The notes under the pieces: generated by a model
What the model saw: only the letters and a program-made list of their open reading frames with translations
Databases searched by the model: none
What the model was told of the DNA's origin: nothing
Assembly (NCBI GenBank): GCA_044222475.1
Contig: JBGANF010000026.1
Span: 11,776 to 75,775, forward strand
Source: Polyangiaceae bacterium
GTDB taxonomy: Bacteria > Myxococcota_A > Polyangia > Polyangiales > Polyangiaceae
Direction of reading: 5' to 3'
DNA: 64,000 bases
In this document: positions 63,937 through 64,000 of the stretch, one piece after another
Layout of the letters: every line of letters begins with the position of its first letter
Numbering within the stretch: position 1 is the stretch's first letter
Made by a program: the position numbers and the translations under genes

Positions 63937-64000
63937 GAGGTCGGGCGCAATCTACACCGCCGCGCCGAAAGGACAACGTGCCTTCACCGGCTACCCACTA

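Overview
High-GC (about 70%) bacterial chromosomal DNA. Gene content suggests Myxococcota (Polyangiales-like): PilT, a Ser/Thr kinase-FGE fusion, many cysteine-rich lipoproteins and a Sel1 lipoprotein. The window holds about 50 CDS. These include pilT (partial), a bulb-lectin lipoprotein, thiC, lon, a DEAD-box helicase, tsaB and hutH. Larger blocks are an NAD-salvage operon (pncB-pncA-nrtR plus a MoxR/RavA AAA+ ATPase) with a candidate NrtR operator, an outer-membrane beta-barrel followed by two giant paralogous alpha/beta-hydrolase lipoproteins, a BCCP-dcyD-CPBP-TPR/AIM24-pgsA operon, and a surface-glycan cluster (asnB, GTs, methyltransferases, flippase, wzt) whose right part is multiply frameshifted. 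Two tRNAs were found (Phe-GAA, Leu-TAA). No CRISPR array, rRNA, integrase or transposase was seen. The most unexpected signal is a 15-bp palindrome, GTMCC-N5-GGKAC with an AT-rich spacer, present in 13 exact copies, all inside unrelated CDS. It is a candidate undescribed chromosome-wide protein-binding site. Other signals are a second dispersed motif (ATTGTTAGYCGGC), a (CTCCA)13 tract fused to the tRNA-Leu 3' end, a MITE-like element and REP-like repeats. All calls come from manual reading and motif recognition; no searches were run.
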